From: an uncultured Acidobacteriota bacterium
GTDB lineage: Bacteria > Acidobacteriota > Thermoanaerobaculia > UBA5066 > Gp7-AA6
Direction of reading: 5' to 3'
Length of the DNA stretch: 64,000 nucleotides
Assembly (NCBI GenBank): GCA_963804915.1
Contig: CAWDSI010000006.1
Location: 59,214 to 123,213 of the forward strand
The notes under the pieces were generated by a model, which saw only the letters and a list, made by a program, of their open reading frames with translations, was not told where the DNA came from and ran no database searches. Below are positions 28,373 through 38,267 of this stretch, in pieces. The position numbers were made by a program, and so were the translations under genes. Numbering within the stretch: position 1 is the first letter of the stretch; every line of letters starts with the position of its first letter.

Positions 28373-29322
28373 ATGATCCACGAGAGCATTCTGGGAACCA
28401 TCGGGAACACGCCCGTCGTTCGCATCAACCGCCTCGCGCCGCAGGGCGTCACGATCTACGTCAAGTGCGAGGCCTTCAACCCGCTGTCCTCGGTCAAGGA
28501 TCGCCTCGCGATCGCCATCATCGAGGACGCCGAGCGCAGCGGCGCTCTCAAGCCCGGCCAGACGGTCATCGAGGCCACGTCCGGCAACACCGGGCATCGC
28601 GCTGGCCATGGTCTGCGCCGCGAAGGGCTATCCCTTCGTCGCCGTGATGTCGGACAGCTTCTCGATCGAGCGGCGCAAGCTGATGCGGATCCTGGGCGCG
28701 AAGGTGCGTGCTCACGCCCGCCGCCGAGCGCGGCTCCGGGATGGTCAGGAAGACCGAGGAGATCGCGAAGAAGAACGGCTGGTTTCTGGCGCGCCAGTTC
28801 GAGAACCCGGCCAATCCCGAGTATCACCGCAACACGACCGGGCCGGAGATCCTCCGCGACTTCGCCGGCAAGCGCCTCGACTACTGGGTCACCGGCTACG
28901 GCACCGGCGGCACGCTCACGGGCGCCGGCCAGATGCTCAAGGTGGCGCGGCCCGCGATCAAGATCGTCGTCGCCGAGCCCGAGGGCGCGGCGCTGCTCTC
29001 GGGCCAGGAGTGGAAGCCGCACAAGATCCAGGGCTGGACGCCGGACTTCGTGCCGGCCGTCCTCGACCGCGAGGTCTACGACGAGGTCGTGACCGTCGGC
29101 GACATCGAGGCTCGCGACGCGGCGCGCGACCTCGCCACGAAGGAAGGCATCTTCTGCGGCATCTCCTCGGGCGGCACGTTCGCCGCGGCGAAGAAGGTGG
29201 CGGCGAAGGCGCCGAAGGGCTCGGTGATGCTCGCGATGCTGCCCGACACGGGCGAGCGCTACCTGTCGACGATCCTCTTCGAGGGGATCAACGAAGGAAC
29301 GGACGAGGTGCCCGGCGCCTAG
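28373..29322 (+). CDS. cysK: Cysteine synthase A (O-acetylserine sulfhydrylase), with two frameshifts near 28598 and 28710.
   Basis: MIHESILGTIGNTPVVRINRL...NPLSSVKDRLAIAII...EATSGNTG, then IALAMVCAAKGYPFVAVMSDSFSIERRKLMRILGAKV, then the C-terminal half ...GTGGTLTGAGQMLK...GISSGG... ending at TAG 29320-29322. Confidence 0.85.
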
Positions 29323-29876
29323 TTGATGCGGCGGACGTCGCTGAGCGTCCCGGGATCGCCGTCGTACTGCGTGACCTGGACGTGGCCGTCCGGATCGATC
29401 GAAAGCGCCGCCTTGGTGTAGATGGTGCCGTCGCTCGAGCCGAAGGAAGTCCAATCCCAGGTGAAGACCGCGAACGGGTAGTTGAGCGACGCTCCCCCGT
29501 CTTCGTCGGATTCGTTGTACTTGATCGGGCGCGTCGTCACGACGAGGTAGCGCCACCCGTCGTCGATCTTCTCGGCCATGACGAGATCGATCGGGTAGAC
29601 CAGCGCTCCGAGCTTGATCTGGCCCTGCCCGCTCCCCCGGATCGCGTTGGCGAGAGCATTCTGGCCGCCGTCCTCGAGAACCTTCTTCAACGGGATGATT
29701 TCCTTGAGGCTCCGCGGGCTGGACACCACGACGTCGAACGCCATGCTCCGCGTCCCCGACGGCGTGCCGATCGACGCGGTCGCCGAGTACTCGCCGGTCA
29801 CCTTCTTTTCCACCTGACGCGCGTGACTCGGAACCGCCAGCACGAACAGAGAGGCGAGCGCGATTGCGGACTTCAT
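29319..29876 (-). CDS. Secreted hypothetical protein.
   Basis: MKSAIALASLFVLAVPSHA signal peptide then a ~165-aa protein-like sequence with locally lower GC. Its stop overlaps the cysK stop (cTAG). Confidence 0.6.
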   Translation of the reverse strand: MKSAIALASLFVLAVPSHARQVEKKVTGEYSATASIGTPSGTRSMAFDVVVSSPRSLKEIIPLKKVLEDGGQNALANAIRGSGQGQIKLGALVYPIDLVMAEKIDDGWRYLVVTTRPIKYNESDEDGGASLNYPFAVFTWDWTSFGSSDGTIYTKAALSIDPDGHVQVTQYDGDPGTLSDVRRIN

Positions 29877-29892
29877 GATCCTCAACATATCA

Positions 29893-29950
29893 GCACCTCA
29901 GAGTGAGAAGCCGACCACCGAAGGCAGACCCCCGGCAGTAGGCAACGCGA
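29893..29950. repeat. Partial or diverged copy C of the MITE/REP-like element.
   Basis: CCTCAGAGTGAGAAGCCGACCACCGAAGGCAGACCCCCGGCAGTAGGCAACGCG lines up with the copy-A interior CCTGAGCGAAGCGAGCCGGCCACCAGAGGCAGCCCACGGCAGTAGGCAACGCC. No right arm was found. Confidence 0.35.
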
Positions 29951-29954
29951 ATGC

Positions 29955-32708
29955 TCAAAGTCCAAACGTTCTGACCAGAAACGTCGCCATCTGCCCCCGG
30001 GTGTTCGAAGAGCCCGGGCAGTAGAGGAGCGGCGTCGTCGAGCAGCCGCCCGTGATGCCGTCGGCGTAGAGCTGCTCGATCCAGTCGGTGAAGGGGCCCG
30101 GACAGGTCACGTCCTCGAAGACGCCGGCGCAGGCGGGCGGCACGAATCCGCTGCCGTTATGGGTCTTCAGAAGGAAGACGGCCATCTGGTCGCGGCGCAC
30201 CGGGTTGTCCGGACAGTAGTTGTCGCCGCCACAGCCGGCCGTGATGCCCTCGGCCGAAAGCTGCTCGACCCAGTCGGTAAATGGGCCCGGACAGGTCACG
30301 TCCGCGAAGATCCCCGCGCAGGCCGGAGGGACGTAGATCGAACCGTGCTCGGCCTTGAGGAGGAAGACCGCCATCTGTGCCCGCGTCACCGGGCTCGTGA
30401 CGCAGAACGCGCCGGCGCCGCACCCCGCCGTGATGCCCGCGCGAAAGACCTTCTCGACGTCGTCGTGGAAGATGTTGGCCTGCGGCACGTCGGTGAAGTC
30501 GGCGAGGAACCCGGCCGAGATCGTTCCGGAGAGAGAGCTCGGATTGGTCACCGTCACGTCGTTCAAGGTGCCCGGCGAGAGAACCGGCGTCGAGGCGTTG
30601 ATCTGCGTTCCGCTCAGGACCGCGACACCCGTCGCCGCGACCCCGCCGATCTTGACCGTCGCTCCGTTCTGGAAGTTCAGTCCCTCGATCGAGACCGCCG
30701 TCGGGACGTCCGCGGGGCCCGAGGACGCGGCGATCGACGAGACCGACGGGCCCGGAACCGCGAGACACGCCGAGAACTCCGACGTGTTCCCCGCCGGGTC
30801 CGTCGCTGTCGCCGTGATCCACGGGCCCAGCGCGGCCGACGTGAGAACCGCGACGAAGGCCACGTTGCCGCCGGAATCGGTCATCTGGTCCGCGGCTCCC
30901 AGGAAGCGCTGACCGGGCCCGTTGCCCGAAGCGTCGCAGAGAATCGTCGAGAAGAACTCGATCCGATAGCTCGAGGACGCGATGCTGTTCAGAGAGCCCT
31001 GGACCTGCGTGCTCGCGGTGTCCAGGAGAGCGGACGAGAGGACCGGGAAGTTCTGCAGCAGGTTCGCCCCGGGATCCGGATCGCCGAGATCGTTCGGCGT
31101 GACGCCGGCGGGGCCGAGATCGATGCCGAGGTTCCCGTTGAACGAGATGGTGTTGCCGAGCACGGAGTTCCCCGTCCCGGACTCGACCGAAACGCCGCGC
31201 GCGACGTTGAACGCGATCACGTTCTTCGTACCGGCGACCGTGCCACCGATCACGTTCGCGTTCGCGCCCGTCTGAATCGCCACGCCGTCGCCGCCGTTGG
31301 GAAACGCCGCCGACGCCGAAGCGTTCGAGCCGATGAAGTTGCCCTGCACGACGTTGCCGGTCGTCTGGGCATCGACGATGAGAACGCCGGAGTTGGAGTT
31401 GCCCGAGATGACGTTCCGGTCCGGGCCCGGCCCGCCGATGGTGTTGTCCGCGGCGCCGTCGTTGATCTGCACTCCGTCCGCGTTGGGGATCGCCGCCGTG
31501 ATGGCGGCATTGAGGCCGATCGTGTTCCCCTTCACCACGTTGCCCGAAGCGCCCGTGCGCAGGCGCACGCCGTTCGTCCCGTTGCCCGAGACGACGTTGC
31601 CCGGCCCGATCGTGTTGCCGTCGGCGTCGGATGCGATGATCCCGTTGAGGGCATTGCCCACGGCCGCCGTGCCGCCCGCATTCAGGCCCACGAAATTCGC
31701 CGCAACGGTGTTGCCCGTCGAGCCGCTGATCAGGAGGATGCCGCTCGCCAGGTTGCCCGACACGACGTTGCCGGGGCCCACCGTGTTGTCGTTGACGCCG
31801 CTCAGGTTCACGCCCTGACCCGTGTTCGCCAGAGCCGCCGTGCCCGCCGCGTTCAGGCCGACCCAGCAGCCCGTCACGAGCGTGCCGTTGGCCGAGCCGC
31901 TGATCACGATGCCGTCGCCTCCGTTCCCGGACACGAGCGTGTCGCCCGCGAGTCCGGACCCGACGGTGTTGCCCGTCCCGGAGTCGATGCCGACCCCGGC
32001 GACCGAGTTCGGGACCGCGACGGTCCCTGCCGCGTTCGTGCCCATCCGGTTGCCGGCGACCGTGTTCCCGTCCGAGGCCACGCCCGTGATCCGCACGCCG
32101 TACGTCGAATTGCCCGACAACAGATTCGAACGCTGCGCGAGGCTCGTGCGTCCCACCAGGTTGTTCGTCGAGCTCGAGATCCGCACGCCGTCGCCTCCGT
32201 TCGGCAGTGCGGCGCTGCCGGCGAAGTTGGTTCCGATGTAGTTGCCCTGGATCGTGTTTCCGCCGCCCGTCTCGAGCAGGATCCCGTGACCGTTGGTCGC
32301 CGGAAACGCCGCAACGAAACGGTTGATCACCAGGCCCGTCACCGTCGACCCGCCCGCCGAGATCCGCAGCCCGTTCGAGCCGAGACCCGCATTCGATCCG
32401 TCGATCTCGATGATCGGCGTTCCGCCGTAGCCCGGCTGCGTCGTCCCGTCGATGATCACCGGATCCGTGATCGTCGGCAGCGCCGAGCCCGGCTGGATCG
32501 TCCTCTGCCCCGCCCCGATCCCGAAACGGATCGTGTCCGTCCCCGCCGCCGCGTTCGCCGCGAAGATCGCCTCGCGCAGCGAACAGTGCGCGGCATTGCA
32601 CACTCCGTCGTCGAAGTCGTTCGTCGAATTGACGGTGAACGTCGCAGCCTGGCCGGCGGCGGCAACGAGCGAACAGACGACGCCCGCGAGTACCCGGAAA
32701 AGGCGCAT
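29955..32708 (-). CDS. Secreted CSLREA-domain beta-helix protein with IPT/TIG and three SLH repeats (CSLREA paralog 3, intact).
   Basis: Intact ORF. An internal ATG at 32708 gives MRLFRVLAGVVCSLVAAAGQA (signal peptide) then ATFTVNSTNDFDDGVCNAAHCSLREAIFAANAAAGTDTIRFGIGAG, which is the literal CSLREA motif. Long beta-helix, IPT (ATVKIGGVAATGVAVLSGTQINASTP), three SLH repeats ending TRGQMATFLVRTFGL*. Confidence 0.85.
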   Translation of the reverse strand: MRLFRVLAGVVCSLVAAAGQAATFTVNSTNDFDDGVCNAAHCSLREAIFAANAAAGTDTIRFGIGAGQRTIQPGSALPTITDPVIIDGTTQPGYGGTPIIEIDGSNAGLGSNGLRISAGGSTVTGLVINRFVAAFPATNGHGILLETGGGNTIQGNYIGTNFAGSAALPNGGDGVRISSSTNNLVGRTSLAQRSNLLSGNSTYGVRITGVASDGNTVAGNRMGTNAAGTVAVPNSVAGVGIDSGTGNTVGSGLAGDTLVSGNGGDGIVISGSANGTLVTGCWVGLNAAGTAALANTGQGVNLSGVNDNTVGPGNVVSGNLASGILLISGSTGNTVAANFVGLNAGGTAAVGNALNGIIASDADGNTIGPGNVVSGNGTNGVRLRTGASGNVVKGNTIGLNAAITAAIPNADGVQINDGAADNTIGGPGPDRNVISGNSNSGVLIVDAQTTGNVVQGNFIGSNASASAAFPNGGDGVAIQTGANANVIGGTVAGTKNVIAFNVARGVSVESGTGNSVLGNTISFNGNLGIDLGPAGVTPNDLGDPDPGANLLQNFPVLSSALLDTASTQVQGSLNSIASSSYRIEFFSTILCDASGNGPGQRFLGAADQMTDSGGNVAFVAVLTSAALGPWITATATDPAGNTSEFSACLAVPGPSVSSIAASSGPADVPTAVSIEGLNFQNGATVKIGGVAATGVAVLSGTQINASTPVLSPGTLNDVTVTNPSSLSGTISAGFLADFTDVPQANIFHDDVEKVFRAGITAGCGAGAFCVTSPVTRAQMAVFLLKAEHGSIYVPPACAGIFADVTCPGPFTDWVEQLSAEGITAGCGGDNYCPDNPVRRDQMAVFLLKTHNGSGFVPPACAGVFEDVTCPGPFTDWIEQLYADGITGGCSTTPLLYCPGSSNTRGQMATFLVRTFGL

Positions 32709-32784
32709 TCGGCGCGAGTTTAGCCCAGGGACTGTGCGGCGGGTGTAGTCTCTGATCAATCCGGTCCTCGACAGGAGGCTGCCG

Positions 32785-34174
32785 ATGAACATCCGAGACC
32801 GCCCTGGTCGGGGTCGCTCCTTCTTCTCGCGTCCGGCGCATCACTGGAGGCGCGCGTCCAGAGGCCGCGAGCCCTTGTTCCGGCGCTCGGACGCGCCAGG
32901 TGCCTCCGCAGGAGCCGGACTCGAGCGTCCTTCGGGAAGTGTCCGCCATCGACGTCATCTCCGGCCGCGCGCGACGCCTGCGGCGACGAAGCTGCAGCCT
33001 CCCGCTTTTCGACGGGAACCGCTACGCTCGAGCTGGTCCGGTCCGAGCCGACGCGTACACCGCGACGGGTCGGTGATCTGGTCCGGGCGTGTCGGCCGGC
33101 CAGCCAGCGAGCACCGTCCTCTTCTCGACGCGCGGCAACAATCCTGGCCGCCAACATCGCGACGCAGCCGACGAGCGAGGGACCGGCGCGAGTTACTTCG
33201 AGATTCGCTTCGTGGGACCCGACCACGTGCTGCGCCGGATCGACCCGTCGAAGCTTCGGTCGGAGGGAAATCCGACTCCCCTCGGGAGCCTGTGACCGCG
33301 CGCGGACGACCCGGCGACCTGCACGAGCGATCCGCGGCGACGAGATCGACGTCCTCGTGCTGTTCACGCCGAAGGCGAGCAAGAGCGGCGGGCGGCGCCG
33401 ACGCGATGCGCGAATCGATCCGCGTGTACATGGAGAGAGAACCAACCTCGCCAACACGCAGAGTCTCGTTCCGACCCGGCTTCCGACTCGTGGGCACCGA
33501 GGAAATGCCGTACGAGGAGTCGGGGCATCCCGCCAACGACCTGAGCAGCCTTCAAGGGCGGGGCGGCGAGCTCGCCGACGCGCACGGCATGCGAGGACGC
33601 ACTCGGCGCGGATATCGTGGTCCTCATCGTCGACTACACGCAGGAGCAGATCGACGCCACGAGCTGCGGAAACTCGTACGTGATGGAGACGGTCTCGAAT
33701 GCTTTCGAAAGCTCCGCCTTCGCCGTCGTACCTCGGCGCTGCGCCGACCGGACCAACAGCTTCACGCACGAGGTCGGCCATCTGATGGGAGCGCGCCACG
33801 ACTGGGCCGACGACGCGTCGGCGGCCTCGCCGCAAGAGCCGTTCCCGTTCAGCCATGGCTTCGTCCACCTTCTCGAAGGACCACGGCGGACCCGGGTTTC
33901 GGACGCTCATGGCGAAAGACGACGAATGCCAGCTCGCGCACCGGCCTGCGACCGGGTCGTCTACTGGTCGAACCCGGATCTCGAGCTTCCTCAAACCGGC
34001 ATCCGGCTGGGAGTGACCGCCGGCGACGAGCCGTCGAACAACGCCGAGACTCTGAAAAAGACGTCATCCGGTGGTCGCGAACTTCCGATGCCGCAAGAAC
34101 TGGCGGCGCCGCCTTACGAGGCCTCGCTCCCTCGCCCCTCGTACCGGGCCGGAACTCCGGCTCCACACAGGTAG
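32785..34174 (+). CDS. Secreted zinc metalloprotease of the metzincin type (HExxHxxGxxH), with several frameshifts. The 3' end is uncertain.
   Basis: AGGAGG RBS and ATG at 32785. A signal-like stretch WSGSLLLLASGASLEA lies in a shifted frame. Later come DEIDVLVLFTPKAS, GADIVVLIVDYTQEQ...CGNSYVM and the catalytic THEVGHLMGARHD, followed by CDRVVYWSNPDLELPQTGIRLGVTAGDEPSNNAETL. Confidence 0.55.
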
Positions 34175-35250
34175 ACCGGAAACTCGCTCGCGCCGTCGAG
34201 ACCGAGAAGCTTCTCGATGTAGGTGTCCTGGATCGCCGCGGTCGTGAACGGCCCGAGACCCCGCGAGGTCGCGAGCAGGCAGAACGTCTGGGCGAGGTGG
34301 CCCGCGTCGAGGAAGAGCGTCCGGTACGTCACCTCGTCCTGGTACTTCCAGAGGCTGCGCCCGACGACGGCGGTCATGACGCAGAGAAACGCGGCGCCGC
34401 CGACCCACGCCTGGCCGGACGCGGCGCGCACGGCCTGCGCCCGGAAGCGTCCGCGGCGCAGCCGGCGCAGGTCGCCGGCGCCGACGTCGAAATGGTAGAG
34501 GCCGGGAGCGAGGCCTTCCACGTTCCAGGCCAGGACGTAACACTCGATCGGATGCAGCGAGCCCGCCGAGGGGCTCGTTTTGGTCAGGAGCGTGCCGAAG
34601 AGGCCGCCGTCGTGGCTCCCCGTCCGTCCGAAGGTTCCGCCGACGACGGCCGAAAGGTCGGCGAGCGAAACCGGCCGGCGGCCGAACTCCCGGACGGTGC
34701 GGCGCGAGACGAGCGTGCGATTCGAGGTCGGCTACGCCGGCGCGAGGGCGCCGGAAGAGCCACGCGCGGGCCGTCGCGGTAACGCTTGACGAGTGCCGGA
34801 CGGCGCGCCGGGAGGCGCTCACGAACGAGGTCCTCGGTAGCCCGGCCCAGCGGGGCGTACCGAAGATCCTTCGACGCCGAGTGGTGCAGGGCCGACGCGA
34901 CGTTCTCCTTCCACGCTCGCGATCCGCGATCGCTTCCGGCGCGCCTCGGCTTCCGGGATCAGGAAGCCGAGGCGGCGAAGGAGGCGGACTGGCCACGGAC
35001 CTCGGCGGCCGATGCGCGCGCCGACGGTTCGCGCCGCGGGCGGTCGAAGGACGCCAGGACTTCGACCGCGACGCCGTCGCCCGAGAGCGTGACGCCGCTC
35101 TCGAGATTCCGAACCACCGGCCCGTCCGCGTTCCACCAGACCAGCGAGATCCGGGTGGCGGAGCGATTCTCGGCAAGACGCTACCGGCTCGGCCGTCTCT
35201 CGCCTCGACCGTCTCGCCGGCTTGGCGGCCTTGATCAGGGCCTTTTGCAC
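34114..35250 (-). CDS. SagB-type (nitroreductase-superfamily) dehydrogenase-like protein with several frameshifts. The start is uncertain and it may include the upstream 63-aa ORF.
   Basis: ...TKTSPSAGSLHPIECYVLAWNVEGLAPGLYHFD...AQAWVGGAAFLCVMTAVVGRSLWKYQDEVTYRTLFLDAGHLAQTFCLLATSRGLGPFTTAAIQDTYIEKLLGLDGASEFPVYLCGAGVP is the conserved SagB/ThcOx core. Upstream pieces such as LAENRSATRISLVWWNADGPVVRNLESGVTLSGDGVAVEVLASFDRP lie in other frames. Confidence 0.55.
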
Positions 35251-35426
35251 ATCGAGCGGGAGTTTCTTCCGTGATCACCGACGACCTTGGCGCCTCCGTC
35301 GCAGCCGACTCCCCGACTGAGCGTCATCTTGACCGCGTGATCCTGGGCATCGTGCAGGTCTTCGTGTCCGGGTTCCAGTTGAAACCCAGTCTTGTCGCAC
35401 TCCGCCTTGGTGGTGGGCATGGCCAT
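35235..35426 (-). CDS. Small ORF of 63 aa with a near-ideal Shine-Dalgarno. It is either a short peptide or the true N-terminus of the SagB-like gene.
   Basis: The minus-strand mRNA reads GAGAAGGAGGAGGACC-ATG-GCC-ATG. AAGGAGG lies 6 nt before the ATG. Translation: MAMPTTKAECDKTGFQLEPGHEDLHDAQDHAVKMTLSRGVGCDGGAKVVGDHGRNSRSMCKRP*. The stop overlaps a GTG-initiated frame of the SagB-like gene. Confidence 0.4.
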   Translation of the reverse strand: MAMPTTKAECDKTGFQLEPGHEDLHDAQDHAVKMTLSRGVGCDGGAKVVGDHGRNSRSMCKRP

Positions 35427-35441
35427 GGTCCTCCTCCTTCT

Positions 35442-38027
35442 CTACGACATTCCCCGGCCCAGATAGAGCCGGGACGAGGTGTAGCTGATCGAATAGGCCT
35501 GCGTGGCGCCGTCCGGACTGCAGGCGGCCGCCAGCAGAGACTCACCCGCGATTCCCTCGCGCAACGGAACCTGCTGTTCCCGCAGCACCGCCCCGGTCGA
35601 CGCATCCAGAGTCAGGAGGCGCCGGTCGGTGGTCACCGCGAAGATCCGATCGCCGAGAGCATTCCAGCGCGCATACACGAAGGTCGCGCCGGAAGCCAGC
35701 GTATGGAGTGCCCGGCCCGCATCACGCCGAGCGAGCCCGTAGAGCTTGAGCGCGCTGTGACCGGGTTCCTCGACACAAAGAAACCGGGTCTGGTCCGGAC
35801 TGGCGACCGGACCGCTGCACCCGGTGACTCCGAGAGACTCCACGCCGGTTCCGTCGAGCTTGATGCGTCCGACCTCGCGCCGCTCGCCTTCGGCCCGGAC
35901 GTAGAGCAACGCGTCGGATCCCAAAAAGGAGGGATCGAAGTAGCCCGCCGTCGTGGAGCTCGTGACGGCGAGGCTCTTGCCTCCCTTCGTGGGAACCACG
36001 ATCAGTTGCGGAAGCCCGGAAGGGACGCGGCTCGTGGCCACGACCCAGCGGCCGTCAGCCGAGAACTTGCCGGGATCCCCGTCCGAAATGCGGATGGCCT
36101 CGCTTCCGTCGAGCGGTCGGGTCCAGACGCCGACGGTGTCCGCCGAGGCGCCGTCCAGAAAGAGGAGGGTCCTTCCGTCCGGGGAAATGTCGGCCACCAT
36201 CGTCGTCCCGAGCCACGAGAAGTCGGTCGGCACGCCCTCGCCGATCCTCAGGAGGAGATCCGTCTCCTCCGCGCTCGCGACGAAGAGGCACCCGTCGTCG
36301 GAGACGTCCTGCAGGAAAAAGAAGTCCGGAAAGGAATGGATCATGCGAGTACGGCCCTTGCGATCCACGCCCCAGAGGGCGGTCGTGTAGACGTCCGCGC
36401 GGCTCGCGGTGTACCAGACCTCGCCGGTGCGGGCGCTCCACTTCAACCCGACGCAGCGCTCGAACACGGGCGTCAGAGCCCGGCCGCGCGTTCCGTCCAC
36501 CGAGGCGATCCGGACCTCCCCGGCATCGTCGGTGCGGGAGGGGTGATGAATGAATGCGACCTCGGTTTCGTCGGGAGAAATGGAAACGTACGTGATCGCA
36601 CCGGTCGTGCGAAAGAGCGGCCGAAGAAGCTTGCCCGCGGCATCCCGCACCTGGAGGACGCGCTCCGAGCCCTCTTCCTGGACCACGGCCACGAAGCGCC
36701 CTTTCTTCGCCCAGTCGGCCCAGCCCGAGTTCTCCAAAAACGGCCGCGCCTTGCCGCCCAGGGCCGGCCACCACGCCAGCGTTCCGAAGAAGTTCAGAGA
36801 CGGCCGCGATCGGCCGAGCTGCACGAGCACTTCGGAGCCATCCTCGGAGAAGGCCATCGGAACCTGGGTCTCGGCGTCGAGGCTCCGATCCGCGCCCTTG
36901 GCCTCGGGCAGCGTCAGGTACGTCCGCGAGGACTGACCGACCCACGAGGCCGTATAGAGGATGGAATTGGACTTCTGCATGAAGAGCGCGCGCGTCACGA
37001 CGCCGCTGCGGAAGGTGAGGCGGCGGAACTCGGGACCGCTCTGGGCCGGTCGCGGGCGTCCGAGGATCGCCCAGAGCCCGGCGCCCAGGACAAGCGCGGC
37101 GAGAATGGCGGCCGCGAGCCCGAACTTCCGACGCGCCACCGGCTCTTCCACGGCCGCGCTTCCCGACACCTCGGAGAGATGCTCCCGGATGCCTCGAATC
37201 TCCCGCGCGAGATCGCCCGTGGACTCGTACCGATCCCCGGCCGCTTTGGCATGGCAGCGCTCGACGACCCAGCGCAGCGGCGGAGGAATTCCGGGCCGCA
37301 GCCGCGCGATCGGTTCGGGGTCGTCGTGGAGCACGGCCGAGAGCGTGTCGATGCGCGTGTTCTCCTTGAATGCACGCCGGCCCGTGGCCATCTCGTAAAG
37401 AACGGATCCGAACGAGAACTGGTCCGACCGGAAATCGACGGGCTCGCCTCTCGCCTGCTCCGGCGACATGTAGCCGGCCGTGCCGACGATGTCTCCGGTG
37501 AGCGTGGGAGGCGACGTTTCCGTGGTGGCCTGTGTGCGCTCTCCCGCGTCGCGCTGAAAGGCGCGGGCGAGGCCGAAGTCCACGACCTTGACGAGCCCTT
37601 CCCGCGTGATCATGACGTTGGCGGGCTTCAGGTCGCGGTGCACGATTCCCGCGTCGTGGGCCGCGGCGAGCCCGTCGGCGATCTGGCCCGCGAGATCGAG
37701 GAGCTTGCGCGCCGGCAAGGGGTCCCTCCGCGATCAGCTCGCCGAGGGACTTGCCTTCCACGAGCTCCATCGCCACCCAGGACACGGACTCCGATACGCC
37801 GACGTCGTAGACGGTGACGATGTTGGGATTGTTCAGCGAGGACGCGGCTTTGGCTTCGCGCTGGAATCGCGCCAGGTGCGCGGCGTCGGAAGCGAGCTCC
37901 GCCGCGAGCACCTTGATCGCCACCCGCCGATCCAGCCGGGAATCGCGCGCCGCGTAGACTTCCCCCATTCCGCCTGCGCCGATCGGCGACAGGATTTCGT
38001 AGGGGCCGAGCCGGGTACCCGCTGCGA
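35442..38027 (-). CDS. Ser/Thr protein kinase with a TM segment and a C-terminal TolB/WD40-like beta-propeller (STK3). Frameshift near 37720. GTG start inferred.
   Basis: N-terminal half in ORF 36055..38208: LGPYEILSPIGAGGMGEVYAARDSRLDRRVAIKVL...SLNNPNIVTVYD. Continuation in ORF 35442..37718: LPARKLLDLAGQIADGLAAAHDAGIVHRDLKPANVMI...DFGLARAF...GTAGYMSPEQ. Then the TM segment FGLAAAILAALVLGAGLWAIL and a ~500-aa propeller. Confidence 0.8.
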
Positions 38028-38267
38028 GAGCCACGTTGCTACTTTGGAATACTATCCCCGCGCGCGCGGAGCCCCGTTTCGAACGACCGCGGGTCAGTCG
38101 CGGTCCGACACGAGGCCCACTCCTCGCCTCGCCGGTCTCGCGGGCTCCTCCATCGCTGTCCACTTCTCCTGACGCGCCCGCATCGCCTGTGAGAACCCAG
38201 TTCCCCATCGAGCGGCGCCGTTACGGCCGTTCGGAGAAACCCGGCGCCGAGACTTCGCCGGCGCGAG

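Noticed and set aside
35271-37817. 848-aa plus ORF antisense to STK3, and 36055..38208 minus taken as a single 717-aa protein
   Set aside because: The plus ORF is Arg-rich antisense. Only the first ~160 codons of the minus 36055..38208 ORF are real (the kinase N-lobe) before a frameshift hands over to frame 35442..37718.
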